This document shows positions 10,564 to 20,963 of a DNA stretch of 64,000 nt, one piece after another. Below the pieces are notes generated by a model. The model was given only the letters and a program-made list of their open reading frames with translations, had not been told where the DNA came from and did not search any database. The first letter of the stretch is position 1. Every line of letters starts with the position of its first letter. Made by a program: the position numbers and the translations under genes. Source of the stretch: an uncultured delta proteobacterium (lineage in GTDB: Bacteria; Myxococcota; Myxococcia; Myxococcales; Myxococcaceae); assembly GCA_963713045.1 (NCBI GenBank), contig CAVQKE010000003.1, positions 1,312,001 through 1,376,000 of the forward strand, read 5' to 3'.

Positions 10564-11883
10564 CTAGACCGCCGGCGCCGGGCGCCGAGGCAGCAGCCGC
10601 AGCAGAAGAAGGCCCACGGTGCCGGAGACGGCCGAACCCACCAGAATTCCCAGCCGCGACTCATCCAACAGCAGCTGTTCCTCGCCGAAGGCGAGGTTGG
10701 CGATGAAGAGGGCGACGGTAAAGCCAATGCCGGCCACCGCGCCGACGCCCAGCACTTGGCCCCAGGAGGCGCCCACCGGAAGCTGTGCCAGCTTGGCCTT
10801 CACCCCGGCGGCGGTGAAGCCGAAAATTCCAGCCGTCTTCCCCACAAACAGCCCGGCCACCGTCCCGAGAAACACCGGCGAGAGGAAGTCCTTGGCATCC
10901 AGCCCGCTGACGTCCACGCCGGAGTTGGCCAGGGCGAAGAGCGGCATGACGGCATACGCCACCCAAGGGTGGAGGGCATATTCAAAGCGGTCCAGCGGGG
11001 CCACCGTCCCGGACAGGGAATGGTCGGCCCAGGCCACTTCGTCCGCGGTGACGGCCGCGCTGTTGGTGACGCGCGCATTGAGACGCTGCAGCAAGTCCGC
11101 GAAGACGTCGGCGGGCGCATAGCGGCTTTCCGCCGGGATGAGGAGGCCGAGCACCACGCCCGCCAGGGTCGGGTGGAGCCCGGCCTCGTGGAAGGCCCAC
11201 CACAGCGCCCCGCCCGCCAGCACGTAGGGAAGCAGGCCCTGGACTTTGAGGCGGCTCAGTCCAAAAGCCGCCCCTGTCGCCACCACCGTCCACAACAGGC
11301 CCGTCGGTTGGATCCCGCTCCCGTAGAAGAGGGCGATGACCAGGATGCCCCCGATGTCATCGAAGATGGCCAGGGCGGTGAGAAACACCTTGAGGCTGTG
11401 TGGCACGCGGTCGCCCAACAAGGCGAGGCAACCAATGGAGAAGGCGATGTCCGTCGCCATCGGAATGGCCCAGCCGCGGACCCCGGCACCGCCTCCTTGG
11501 AAGGCCACGTACAAAAGCGCCGGGACCACCATTCCGCCCACCGCGGCAATGGCCGGCAGCAGGGCCTGGGCCGGCGTCCGGAGCTCCCCCCGCACCAACT
11601 CGCGCTTAATCTCCATCCCCACGACGAAGAAGAAGAAGGCCATCAGCACGTCGTCGACGAGGAAGTGCAGCGAGCCCCCCACGGCGAACCCTGCAACGCT
11701 GACGTTGATGGGTACTTCCCACAAGGCGTGCCATTGGCTGCGCCAGGGAGAGTTGGCCAGGCCGAAGGCTGCCAGCGCGGCCACCAGCAAAAGGATGCCT
11801 CCCTTGGCCTCGGTCCGCAGAAAGGCCTGCAGCGGAGCCACCAGGGCTTGGAAGACGCGTGTCGGCGGGCGAGGGGGTGCCAT
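10564..11883 (-). CDS. nhaA: Na+/H+ antiporter NhaA
   Basis: GMEIKRE, GWAIPMATDIAF, ALAIFDD, PLFALANSG, AGIGFTVALFIA. Confidence 0.95.
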   Translation of the reverse strand: MAPPRPPTRVFQALVAPLQAFLRTEAKGGILLLVAALAAFGLANSPWRSQWHALWEVPINVSVAGFAVGGSLHFLVDDVLMAFFFFVVGMEIKRELVRGELRTPAQALLPAIAAVGGMVVPALLYVAFQGGGAGVRGWAIPMATDIAFSIGCLALLGDRVPHSLKVFLTALAIFDDIGGILVIALFYGSGIQPTGLLWTVVATGAAFGLSRLKVQGLLPYVLAGGALWWAFHEAGLHPTLAGVVLGLLIPAESRYAPADVFADLLQRLNARVTNSAAVTADEVAWADHSLSGTVAPLDRFEYALHPWVAYAVMPLFALANSGVDVSGLDAKDFLSPVFLGTVAGLFVGKTAGIFGFTAAGVKAKLAQLPVGASWGQVLGVGAVAGIGFTVALFIANLAFGEEQLLLDESRLGILVGSAVSGTVGLLLLRLLPRRPAPAV

Positions 11884-11943
11884 GGAGGGCGGCCGGGGAC
11901 CGCCGGGGACTTAGGCCGGGCCGCCGACCAGCGTCCAGCACCT

Positions 11944-12471
11944 TCAGCGCGAGGAGACTTCGTCCCGGCGATTCTTGGCGTGCGCTGCGGCGTCGTGGCC
12001 AGCGTCGGCCGGCCGGTCTTCGCCGTAGCTGACGGTGTCGAGGCGGTTACCAGGAACGCCCAGGGCGATGAGGTAGGCGCGCGCCACCACGGCCCGGCGC
12101 TGTCCGAGGTGGAGGTTGTATTCCTCGGTCCCCACCTCGTCGGTGTTGCCGGCAATCAGAATCTGGGCGGTGGGGTGGGCCTTCAGCTCCTGCGCCAGCA
12201 CCTGCAGCTTCTCTTGGTCCTCCGGCGTCAAGTCCACCTTGTCAAAGGCGAAGTAGGCGATGGGGCCATTGAGGAGGCGGCCCAAGGCTGCGGCATCCTC
12301 CCGCTGGGCCGCCGTCGCATTGACGGGCGCCGGCTCAGCCTTGGCGACGACGGGTGGGGGAGGTGTCGGTGCGGGTGCCTGCGCCATGGGCGTCTCGTGG
12401 GCACAACCCAGGACACCCAGCAAGGCGAAGGCTGAAACCAGAGGGGACAAGGGACGAAGAGCGCTGCGCAT
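11944..12471 (-). CDS. OmpA/Pal-family peptidoglycan-associated lipoprotein
   Basis: Lipobox VLGC; YFAFDK, GNTDEVGTEEYNLHLGQRRA, SYGEDRP, KNRR. Confidence 0.9.
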   Translation of the reverse strand: MRSALRPLSPLVSAFALLGVLGCAHETPMAQAPAPTPPPPVVAKAEPAPVNATAAQREDAAALGRLLNGPIAYFAFDKVDLTPEDQEKLQVLAQELKAHPTAQILIAGNTDEVGTEEYNLHLGQRRAVVARAYLIALGVPGNRLDTVSYGEDRPADAGHDAAAHAKNRRDEVSSR

Positions 12472-12637
12472 GGTCGACCTCCTGAGGGGGAAAGCTGGTG
12501 CGGAAAAAGGTGCTAATCGTTGCGTTCACAAACAACCCTTCTCCGCGCCAAAACTTCCCGGGCGGAGGTGGGTCCGTTGAGCCGTCACCGAAGGCCTTTG
12601 ACGGTCCGCGTCAAGTCGCGGCGAAGCGAGAAACACC

Positions 12638-13084
12638 ATGCGAGCGCTGCTTCAGCGGGTGACGGGGGCCAGCGTCCGGGTGGAGGGCCGGGTGGCGGGC
12701 TCCATCGGCCCCGGGCTGCTCGTCCTCTTGGGCGTCGGCCAAGCGGACACCGACGCCAGTGCGGTTTGGCTCGCCGACCGGGTGGCAGGGCTGCGTCTCT
12801 TCTCAGACCCAGCGGGGAAGATGAATCTGTCCCTCCTCGAGACCCACCGCGCGGCCTTGGTGGTGAGCCAATTCACCCTGTATGCCGACACCCGCAAGGG
12901 ACGCCGGCCGAGCTTCACCCTGGCCGCCGAGCCTGAGGAAGCCAATCGCCTGTACGGCCTTTTCTGCAGCGAACTCGCGCGCGCCGGCGTGCATGTGGAA
13001 CGTGGCGTCTTTGCGGCCAGCATGCAGGTGGCACTGGTCAACGACGGCCCGGTGACCGTCCTGCTCGACACCGAAGGCCGTTGA
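12638..13084 (+). CDS. dtd: D-aminoacyl-tRNA deacylase
   Basis: [27 protein letters not shown]. Confidence 0.97.
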   Translation: MRALLQRVTGASVRVEGRVAGSIGPGLLVLLGVGQADTDASAVWLADRVAGLRLFSDPAGKMNLSLLETHRAALVVSQFTLYADTRKGRRPSFTLAAEPEEANRLYGLFCSELARAGVHVERGVFAASMQVALVNDGPVTVLLDTEGR

Positions 13085-13346
13085 AAACCTCAGGGCGGTA
13101 AGACCCCCCTGTCCGGTGCGGCAGCGCTCAAACGTTCACCCAAACCGAATGGACAGCCAAACCAGCGCAAACAACCCGCATGCCCAGGGGCGAGGTCCTG
13201 CCCGATGGCCGCAACCGTCGTTCACCCGCCGGCCGGTGCTTTGTGGCCGCCGCGGGAGGAAAAGCGTCCGGCAGCAACGCCGTCGAACGTTTACCCCAAA
13301 GAACGCGGGGGAAACTGCCGCGTGACCAACCCCAAGGAGTGCAAAC

Positions 13347-13688
13347 ATGAGCGAGTTCATCTATTTGTATCGCGGTCCAGCGACGCCGCCTGTGTCACCT
13401 CAGCAAATGCAAGAGCGGCTGCAACGGTGGTCAGCGTGGTTCAAGGAAGTCGAAAAGATGGGTCACCTGGTCAACATCGGGCAGCCGCTCGAGCAGACGG
13501 GGGGCGGCCTGGTGAAGGACAGAAGCGGCAGCCTGAGCGACGGCCCGTACGCCGAAACGAAGGACATCGTGCTCGGGTTCTCCATCATCAAGGCCAAGGA
13601 CCTTCAGGAAGCGGCGAAGCTGACGAAGGGCCATCCCATCTTCGACCAGGGGGGCCTCATCGAGGTCCGCCCCATCAAGAGCATGTAG
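13347..13688 (+). CDS. YciI/DGPF-domain protein
   Basis: DGPYAETK and IEVRP motifs; AAGGAG RBS. Confidence 0.9.
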   Translation: MSEFIYLYRGPATPPVSPQQMQERLQRWSAWFKEVEKMGHLVNIGQPLEQTGGGLVKDRSGSLSDGPYAETKDIVLGFSIIKAKDLQEAAKLTKGHPIFDQGGLIEVRPIKSM

Positions 13689-14947
13689 TGGAGCCGGACA
13701 GCGCCTTCTTCCGCCGAGAGGCGTCGCGTTTGGTGGCTGCACTGACGCGCGCCTTCGGCGTGGAGAACCTGGCGCTGGCCGAGGACGTGGTCCAGGAGAC
13801 GCTGGCCAGCGCCTTCGAGGTGTGGAGCTACCGGGGCGTGCCGGAGCACTACTCCGCGCTTCTGATGGCTGCGGCAAAGAACCGCGTCCTCGACACCTTT
13901 CGACGCGCGCGGACGGCCCACAAGTTCGCCCCTGAACTGGGCCGCTTCATCGAAAGCGAATGGACGCTGCGTCCAGCGGTGGAGGCGCTCTTCCTTCCCG
14001 ACGCCCTGAAGGACGATGAGCTGCGGATGATGTTTTCCTGCTGCCATCCGCGCCTGCAGAAGGACGTGCAGGTGGCGCTCATCCTCAACGTCCTGTGCAG
14101 TTTCAGCGTCGAGGAAATTGCCAGCGCCTTTCTGACCACGGCGTCGGCCGTCGAGAAGCGCCTGTGGCGCGGCAAAAAACTTCTCGCGGCCTCGAAGCGC
14201 CTCTTCGAATTGACGGCGGACGACTTCGCCCCACGCCTTTCCGCCGTCCACCGCGCCCTCTATTTACTCTTCAATGAGGGCTACCACGGCGCCTGCCCAG
14301 ACGCCGTGGTGCGGGTCGACCTCTGTCGCGAAGCGATGCGCCTGGTGCGTCTTCTGGTTGAGCATGCGCCGGCCGCAACGCCGGCGACGCAGGCGCTGGC
14401 TGCGCTGATGTACCTCGACGCGGCACGACTGCCGAGCCGAATGGACGCGGGCGGCAACTTGAAGGCACTGGTCGAGCAAGACCGAACGCGCTGGGACGCG
14501 GCACTCATCGCCGAGGGCCTAACGCTGCTCGACCAATCGGCCCAGGGCGAGGAAGTCACCGTCTACCACGTCGAAGCGGGCATCGCCGGCCTCCACGCGG
14601 CGGCTGGTTCCACCGAGGAGACGCGCTGGGGCGAGATTGTCAGACACTATGACGTCTTGATGAAGCTCTCCCCTTCTCCGGTGGTCGCGCTCAACCGCGC
14701 GATGGCCCTGGCCCAAGCCCAAGGGGCTGCCAAGGGACTGGCGGCAATTCAAGCCATCGCTGGAGCCCAACGCTTGGCCCGCTACCCATTTTACCCGGCG
14801 GCGCTGGGCGAGCTTCAGCTTCGCGTTGGACAGCCCGAGGCGGCCGCGGACCATTTCCGCGCCGCGCGTCGACTGGCCCGCAACGACGCAGAGCGCCGCT
14901 TTCTCGATGGGCGTCTCAGCGAATGCGAACGGAGCTTGTCTCCCTAA
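13688..14947 (+). CDS. ECF sigma factor with DUF6596/TPR extension (ECF42-like)
   Basis: AEDVVQE, LRMMFSCCHP, YLLFNEGY, QDRTRWD, SPVVALNRA. GTG start overlaps the YciI stop. Confidence 0.9.
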   Translation: MEPDSAFFRREASRLVAALTRAFGVENLALAEDVVQETLASAFEVWSYRGVPEHYSALLMAAAKNRVLDTFRRARTAHKFAPELGRFIESEWTLRPAVEALFLPDALKDDELRMMFSCCHPRLQKDVQVALILNVLCSFSVEEIASAFLTTASAVEKRLWRGKKLLAASKRLFELTADDFAPRLSAVHRALYLLFNEGYHGACPDAVVRVDLCREAMRLVRLLVEHAPAATPATQALAALMYLDAARLPSRMDAGGNLKALVEQDRTRWDAALIAEGLTLLDQSAQGEEVTVYHVEAGIAGLHAAAGSTEETRWGEIVRHYDVLMKLSPSPVVALNRAMALAQAQGAAKGLAAIQAIAGAQRLARYPFYPAALGELQLRVGQPEAAADHFRAARRLARNDAERRFLDGRLSECERSLSP

Positions 14948-15078
14948 CGCCGCCGCTGACCCGGCCGCAAACGGGCGGGTTGCGTCACGTAACTTCGGCC
15001 AACGAATTCATCTCCGCCAAAAATGCGAGTTGTGGTACGCCGCGCCCCGGAAATTATTTTCTCTGGGGGTTTTCGCGA

Positions 15079-16686
15079 ATGAAAATGGCTCACGCTGTTC
15101 GTTTCGGAACACTGGCGGTCGTCGCACTCGCGCTGCTAACGTCAACTCCAGCAGCGGCCCAGAAGCAGCCCAACATCATCTTCATCATGGGAGATGACAT
15201 CGGCTGGTTCAACATCGGCGCCTACCACCGCGGCATCATGGCGGGCCGCACCCCCAACCTGGACCGACTGGCCAGCGAAGGCATGTTGTTTACCGACTAC
15301 TACGCCGAGGCGAGCTGCACGGCGGGGCGCGCCAATTTCATTACTGGCGAGATTCCTCTTCGCACCGGCATGACAACCGTCGGACAGGCTGGCTCTCCCA
15401 TCGGCATTCCAGCGCAGGCAGTCACCATCGCCACGGTGCTCAAGTCGATGGGCTATGCAACCGGTCAGTTCGGGAAAAACCACCTGGGCGACTTGAATGA
15501 ATTTCTACCCACCGTCCACGGCTTCGACGAATTCTTCGGGTACCTGTACCACCTGGACGCGATGGAGGACCCCTGCCACCGAAATTACCCGCCCGCCCTC
15601 AAGGACACCATTGGTCCGCGCCACATGGTGCACAGCTGGGCGACCGACAAGGACGACACCACCGTCCAGCCGCGCTGGGGGAAAGTGGGCAAGCAACGCA
15701 TCGAGGATGCCGGACAGCTTTGCCCTGAACGGATGAAGACGGTGGACGACGAAATTCTCAAGCTTGCCCTCTCCTTCATCGAAAAGACGCACAAAGCCGG
15801 CAAGCCCTTCTTCGTCTGGCTGAACCCGACACGGATGCACGTCATCACGCACCTCTCGGACAAGTACGAGAGTCTGCGGACTCCAGAGAACGGCTGGACC
15901 ATCCAAGAGGCGGGGATGGCGCAGCTCGACGACATCGTCGGCGCTGTCCTTGCGAAAGTGAAGGAACTGGGACTCGACGACAACACCATCATCGCCTTCA
16001 GCACCGACAACGGCGCCGAGAATTTCACCTGGCCCGACGGCGGCCAGACCCCGTTTGCCGGCGGGAAAGGGACGGCCATGGAGGGTGGCTTCCGTGTGCC
16101 GGCGATGGTCCGCTGGCCGGGCAAGGTGCCTGCCGGAAAGGTGTCCAACGACATCGTCTCAGGGCTTGACTGGTTCCCGACTTTGGTCGCGGCCGCGGGC
16201 AACACCAACATCACCGAGGAGCTCCTCAAGGGGAAGAAGATTGGCGACATGACCTACAAGGTGCACCTGGACGGCTACAACCAGATGGACCTCATCACTG
16301 GCAAGGGACCGTCCAAACGCCACGAGATTTTCTACTTCACCGAAGGGACCCTCTCGGCCGTCCGCATCAACGACTACAAGTACCGCTTCACCGACCAGCC
16401 CCAGGGATGGCTCGGCGGCACCATCAAGGTCGACTGGCCCATTTTGACCAACCTTCGCCTTGACCCCTTCGAGCGCACCGGCCTCCCCACGACATCGACC
16501 GGGTCGCTCGCCTTCTACAACTGGTTCGCCTTCGAGTTTTGGCGATTCATTTTCGTCCAGCAGGAAGTCGCCAAGCTGGCACAGACCGCCATCGAATTTC
16601 CGCCGATGCAGAAAGGCGCGAGCTTCAACCTCGAGGCAGTGAAGGCAGAAATCCAGAGGAAGATGGCAGCCCACGCGGGTCAGTAG
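15079..16686 (+). CDS. Secreted arylsulfatase (Cys-type, CxAxR)
   Basis: Signal peptide; PNIIFIMGDDIG, SCTAGRANFITG, GKNHLG, STDNG. Confidence 0.92.
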   Translation: MKMAHAVRFGTLAVVALALLTSTPAAAQKQPNIIFIMGDDIGWFNIGAYHRGIMAGRTPNLDRLASEGMLFTDYYAEASCTAGRANFITGEIPLRTGMTTVGQAGSPIGIPAQAVTIATVLKSMGYATGQFGKNHLGDLNEFLPTVHGFDEFFGYLYHLDAMEDPCHRNYPPALKDTIGPRHMVHSWATDKDDTTVQPRWGKVGKQRIEDAGQLCPERMKTVDDEILKLALSFIEKTHKAGKPFFVWLNPTRMHVITHLSDKYESLRTPENGWTIQEAGMAQLDDIVGAVLAKVKELGLDDNTIIAFSTDNGAENFTWPDGGQTPFAGGKGTAMEGGFRVPAMVRWPGKVPAGKVSNDIVSGLDWFPTLVAAAGNTNITEELLKGKKIGDMTYKVHLDGYNQMDLITGKGPSKRHEIFYFTEGTLSAVRINDYKYRFTDQPQGWLGGTIKVDWPILTNLRLDPFERTGLPTTSTGSLAFYNWFAFEFWRFIFVQQEVAKLAQTAIEFPPMQKGASFNLEAVKAEIQRKMAAHAGQ

Positions 16687-16867
16687 GCCAATCGCTCCGG
16701 CTGGCTGAAGCAAAAGGCCGTGGTCAGCCCGGCACGGGGGGATTTCTCCCCGCGCTCGGGCCGCCCCCGCGCGCGCCTTGGGTTCGCGGAGTGCCTCGCC
16801 GGCGGCCCAGCGGTGGAAGTGCTTCCGTCCAGCCTCGGGGGCTTTCCCTGGCCAGCGGTAGCGGCCT

Positions 16868-17719
16868 TCAGTCCAATGGCGCCAGAGTCCCGCTCTCCCG
16901 GGTGACGAGGCTGGTCAGGGCGAAGCCCTGCGCGGCGGCCTCGCGCACCTGCTGGGCAAGTTGCCCCACCTCGCGCACCCAGGCCTGGGCAGCCGCCCCC
17001 AGCCCGCTGAAGGCCACCGTCAAGGTGGGCGGATTGGCCGTGGTGCCCAGCCAGTAGGCGAGCAGCTCCTGCACCTCGGGAATTTCCACCTTCCCCAACC
17101 GCCGCCGTTCGCGCTCGGCCAGCCGCAGCACCTGCTGCTGCAGGGTGCGCCCCCAGGCCTTGACGGCGTAGCTGGGGCGGAAACTCCAGTCGGCCACCGC
17201 GGCATTGTCCGCCGGGCGGTACAGCGAGCGCCCCAGCGTCACCAGCACCTGGTCCGGCGGAAAGGCAGGAAAAGGCTCCCAAATGCCGGCCACCAGAGCC
17301 ACCAGCCCGCTGCGGATGACGCGGCCGAGCCAGTCGGACTGAAAGGCATCGGCGGCCACCGGGTCCCAATAGGGGTAGGCCGGCTCTTGCAGCATCAGCG
17401 CCCCATGCAGCGCATGTTCATACTTGCCGGCGTAACCGGCGTGCTCGGCCACCAGCGTCCAGCCGTCGGGCTGATTGCGCCATTCGGCGAAAAGGACGCG
17501 GTGCAGCGCCTCCAGCCAGTCGTCGTCGTCCAGGCCGAAGAAGCTGCCACCCACCGTCCGTTCCAGGACGTGCTCAATCAGCCACACCGTGCGTTGGTCC
17601 GCCATGCCCTGCAGGAGGCGTGCGAGGCCGGCATTGGCGTCCACCACGCCGAGGGTGAAGGCCGGAAACGCCACCTCCTCCAGGAAGCGGTCGTTGACTG
17701 GGCGGAGGATGACATTCAC
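16868..17719 (-). CDS. Hypothetical protein (283 aa)
   Basis: Long ORF co-oriented with and directly downstream of ptsN; globular composition. Confidence 0.7.
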   Translation of the reverse strand: MNVILRPVNDRFLEEVAFPAFTLGVVDANAGLARLLQGMADQRTVWLIEHVLERTVGGSFFGLDDDDWLEALHRVLFAEWRNQPDGWTLVAEHAGYAGKYEHALHGALMLQEPAYPYWDPVAADAFQSDWLGRVIRSGLVALVAGIWEPFPAFPPDQVLVTLGRSLYRPADNAAVADWSFRPSYAVKAWGRTLQQQVLRLAERERRRLGKVEIPEVQELLAYWLGTTANPPTLTVAFSGLGAAAQAWVREVGQLAQQVREAAAQGFALTSLVTRESGTLAPLD

Positions 17720-17753
17720 TGGGCGGCAGGCCCGTCGACGCCCTGCGGCCGTC

Positions 17754-18218
17754 TCAGCACCGGTTGTCCTCCTCGGAGATGAGACGGTAGATGTCCGGCG
17801 CCGAGGAGGCGGCGAGGATGGAGGCGCGCAGTTCGGGGCTGCGGAAAAGACGCGACACGCGTGCCAGCGCCTTCAGGTGGATACCGGCCGAATTCTCGGG
17901 TGCCACCAGGGCGAAAAAAAGATTGGTGGGGCGTTTGTCGATGGAGGCGAAGTCCACCCCGGCATGGGACACGCCGAAGACGGCATACAGACGGTCCAGG
18001 CCTGGCATTTTGCCGTGCGGAATGGCCACCCCATCGCCGATGCCGGTGGAGGCCAGCTTCTCGCGCTCGCCCAACACTTCCAGGACGCGGTCCGCCCGGA
18101 GCGTGCCGCCGTAGGCCGAGGCGAGATGCTCCGACAGCTCGCGCAGAACCTCCGTCTTGGTGGTGCCGTGGAGCTCGGCCACCACCGCATTCGAGCTGAG
18201 GAACTCGGTGACCTTCAT
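17754..18218 (-). CDS. ptsN: PTS EIIA(Ntr)-type component
   Basis: EREKLASTGIGDGVAIPHGK and HLKALARVSR; position downstream of rpoN and hpf. Confidence 0.92.
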   Translation of the reverse strand: MKVTEFLSSNAVVAELHGTTKTEVLRELSEHLASAYGGTLRADRVLEVLGEREKLASTGIGDGVAIPHGKMPGLDRLYAVFGVSHAGVDFASIDKRPTNLFFALVAPENSAGIHLKALARVSRLFRSPELRASILAASSAPDIYRLISEEDNRC

Positions 18219-18363
18219 GCCGTCAGACGCCTCGACCCGGTGGGTCGGAAGGGGGACTGAAGAGTGAAAGGGGCAATTACCCCGCACGCCCGACCAGCGC
18301 AAGACGGCGACCCCTCTTCAGGCCCCGGGCATGGCCTGAAGCCCGAAGGGGGCTGGCCCTCCT

Positions 18364-18702
18364 TCAGCCGGCGGATTCGAAGGCGTCCTGCTGGTGGTGC
18401 ACCCAATCGCGCGCATGGTGCTGCTTGTGCCGGTCCTTCTCGCGGCGGAACTGTTCCTCGAGGCGGTCACAGGCGAGGTCCAAGGACACCACCATGTCCG
18501 AGGCTTCGTGCCCGGCCCGGAGGAGAAGCGCGCCAGCCGCCACCGTGACGTAGGCGCAATACAAGTGCCGCTCCAGCGACAGGACCACGTGTGCCATCCC
18601 AGCAACGTCGAGATGGCGAGTCAGCCGCTCCACCCGTTCTTTCGCGTGCTCCTTGAGGATTTCAGACGCCTCCAGGTTGCGGAACGTGATGGTCAGCTGC
18701 AT
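18364..18702 (-). CDS. hpf: Ribosome hibernation promoting factor (short HPF/RaiA)
   Basis: MQLTITFRNLEAS...DMVVSLDLACDRLEEQFRREKDR; rpoN-ptsN context. Confidence 0.85.
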   Translation of the reverse strand: MQLTITFRNLEASEILKEHAKERVERLTRHLDVAGMAHVVLSLERHLYCAYVTVAAGALLLRAGHEASDMVVSLDLACDRLEEQFRREKDRHKQHHARDWVHHQQDAFESAG

Positions 18703-18955
18703 GGGCCCCTCCTTGGGGGGTGGTGGGTGGAGTCACATCGCCATGCCCCCATTCACGCTCGGTCCGGCACCTGCTGGCAACAGGGGTCCCAACGGCCCTG
18801 GGAAAGCCCGGGCCATGGGGTGAAGTAGCCAGTGTGGGGCTCACCTGGCTGCCAGTTCAGCCTTCGAGGAGGGGCCCAAGGGGCACACGCAACCCGGGGG
18901 GACGAGGCCCCACGGCCCCAGGGTGTCTTCACCCCGGGCGGCGGTGCTGCCCTCG

Positions 18956-20461
18956 CTACTTCAGGTAGGTTTCGAGGGGCCGCGACGTCGTCGTGTTGAG
19001 CTGCTTCGTCCAGTCCACCACGGCGGTCTGCCACACCATGCCGGTCTCGCCCGGCAGCGGGTCCTGCTTCTCGAAGTCGAAGCCGTCCCCGCCGAAGTAG
19101 AGGTACTCCACCGAGGTGACGGAGTAGGTCTCGCTCGGGACGATGTCGCGGTTTTGGACGTCTTTGTAGCCGCCGTTGGGGCCCTTGCTGACGCCGGAGA
19201 AGATGGCCTTGGGGTTGGCGAGGGCGCGCAACAGCGCGTCCCCCTTCAGCTTGAAGGTGAGAAGTGAGTTGTCGAAGGGCAGCACCGCGTACACGGCACC
19301 GCGGGTAATGGGGCCAGCCGGTAACCCGGCCCGGAAGCCGCCCTTGTTGATGATGGCAACGTCCGTCTTGGTGACTTCTCGAATGGCACGCGCCACCCAG
19401 CTGTGCAGCAGGTCCGAGCCAGCGTCGAGGCCGGAGCGGGTGAAGCCGATGCGCTCGCCAAAGGCCGCTTCGTGTTTGGCCACCCAGGGCTTCAGCTGCG
19501 CGACCAGGGCTGCGTCCGGCGGCGGTGCCGACGGGCCGCCCAGCACCTGCACCACCTTGGCCTCCACGCCCGTCAGGCGGTGGCCAGCTGGCTTGGCCGT
19601 GTCGAAGGTGAGGTGCGCCCGGGCGTAAGCCTCGAAGCGGCGACCGGGGTTGACCAGCGGCGTGGTGCCTACCGTGGCCTCCATCGGCTTCTTGCAGTGT
19701 CCGCCCACCAGAAGGCTGAGGCTCCACTCGGGGTGCTTCTTCACGGCCGGTTCCAGCTCCGTCGGGCAGTCGTCGACCAGCACCACCACCGCGTCCGCCC
19801 CGGCCTTGCGCAGCTCCTTCACCGCTTGGCCCAGCGAGGCTTCGTAGGGGAGGACTTGCAGTCCATAGAAGCGGTCCGCCATCGCCGTCTCCACGGCGTG
19901 GAGATAGCTGAGACCCACCACTCCAATGCGGGCCCCCCCGCGGGTGAAAATTCGCCAGGGCGGCAACTCGACCGACTTGGCCAACGGCTTGGTCACCTTC
20001 AGGTTGGCGGCGAGGAAGGGGAAGCCGCCGATGTCGCGCAGCGAGAGAAATTGGTCGCGGCCGTAGTCCAGTTCATGGTTGCCGAAGCCGCTGGCGGCGT
20101 AGCCCATGCGCGCCATGGCCTGGGCCACCGGCTCGCCCTGGAAGAAGGTGGACAGCGAGGAGCCATTCCAGTGGTCGCCGGTGGAGAGGGCCAGGGTGAG
20201 GCCACCCGGGCAGGCGGCGGCGCCGTCCTGCTTGGCCTGGCCCGGGCAATGCTTGTCCTCGGCCTCCCAGCGCCCCAGCATCTGCGCGGCGCCGCCCTTT
20301 TGAAGGTCCCCGTCGGTGGCGGGAAGCAGCTGCCCATTCTCGTCGGACGTCACCAGGACGGTGACGGTTTGCGTCTCGGCCAGGGCGGGTGAAACCAGCA
20401 CCAACGCGGCGGCAAGGAGGGGGGCCAGAAGGTGTGCGCGCACGGGAAAGGCGCATAGCAC
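18956..20461 (-). CDS. Secreted bifunctional metallophosphatase/5'-nucleotidase
   Basis: TGD, GNHELDYG and GGH metallophosphoesterase motifs; C-terminal NKGGFRA...LPFDN...GGDGF. Start may be the GTG at 20443. Confidence 0.85.
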   Translation of the reverse strand: MLCAFPVRAHLLAPLLAAALVLVSPALAETQTVTVLVTSDENGQLLPATDGDLQKGGAAQMLGRWEAEDKHCPGQAKQDGAAACPGGLTLALSTGDHWNGSSLSTFFQGEPVAQAMARMGYAASGFGNHELDYGRDQFLSLRDIGGFPFLAANLKVTKPLAKSVELPPWRIFTRGGARIGVVGLSYLHAVETAMADRFYGLQVLPYEASLGQAVKELRKAGADAVVVLVDDCPTELEPAVKKHPEWSLSLLVGGHCKKPMEATVGTTPLVNPGRRFEAYARAHLTFDTAKPAGHRLTGVEAKVVQVLGGPSAPPPDAALVAQLKPWVAKHEAAFGERIGFTRSGLDAGSDLLHSWVARAIREVTKTDVAIINKGGFRAGLPAGPITRGAVYAVLPFDNSLLTFKLKGDALLRALANPKAIFSGVSKGPNGGYKDVQNRDIVPSETYSVTSVEYLYFGGDGFDFEKQDPLPGETGMVWQTAVVDWTKQLNTTTSRPLETYLK

Positions 20462-20518
20462 ACGGGCCCCGGGCGGGGGGGCCCCAAGTGGGCCTTCGGC
20501 CCACCCCTGGCCCTCCGT

Positions 20519-20932
20519 TCAGGGCAGCAGGTACGTCAGCGTGTGGTGGGAGACCCGCCTCGCCGAAGCGTCGAAGCAGGAGGCCTCGCCGTACACCACG
20601 CGCCGGCCGGCCTGAAGCACGCGCGCCTCGCCGCGCAGGGCGCCCTTGGCACCTTTCAAAAAGTTGGTCTTCATCTCCAGCGTCACTGCCATCAACTCCT
20701 CGCCGATGACTGTCATCGCCGCCAGCCAGAAGGCCGTGTCGGAAAGGGCCATCACCGCTGCCCCCTGAAGCAGGCCCCCGGGGCGCTCCAACTCCACTCG
20801 ATGCGGAAGCCGCAAGGTGGCCGTTCCCGCCCCCACCGACTCCACTTCGAAGCCCCACCAGGGGGCAAAGCCGGTCGCGGCGAGAATTCGCCGTGCGTCG
20901 GAAGCCGTGATGCGCGACGCGGAGACGTCCAA
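20519..20932 (-). CDS. PaaI-family (hotdog-fold) thioesterase
   Basis: GGLLQGAAVMALSD and VTLEMKTNFLK; start uncertain (TTG at 20932). Confidence 0.8.
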   Translation of the reverse strand: MDVSASRITASDARRILAATGFAPWWGFEVESVGAGTATLRLPHRVELERPGGLLQGAAVMALSDTAFWLAAMTVIGEELMAVTLEMKTNFLKGAKGALRGEARVLQAGRRVVYGEASCFDASARRVSHHTLTYLLP

Positions 20933-20963
20933 AGGGCGAAACCCCCGGTTGGTCAGGCGGCTT

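Noticed and set aside
10336..12435. 699-aa plus-strand ORF and many other long overlapping ORFs
   Set aside because: Antisense or off-frame shadows of real genes (here nhaA and the Pal-like gene), as expected in high-GC DNA.
13205..13687. Long N-terminal extension on the ECF sigma ORF (similar extensions on selB, hslO, astB, the AMP ligase and the hydrolase)
   Set aside because: The extensions overlap upstream genes in another frame; internal starts with RBS or stop/start coupling fit better.
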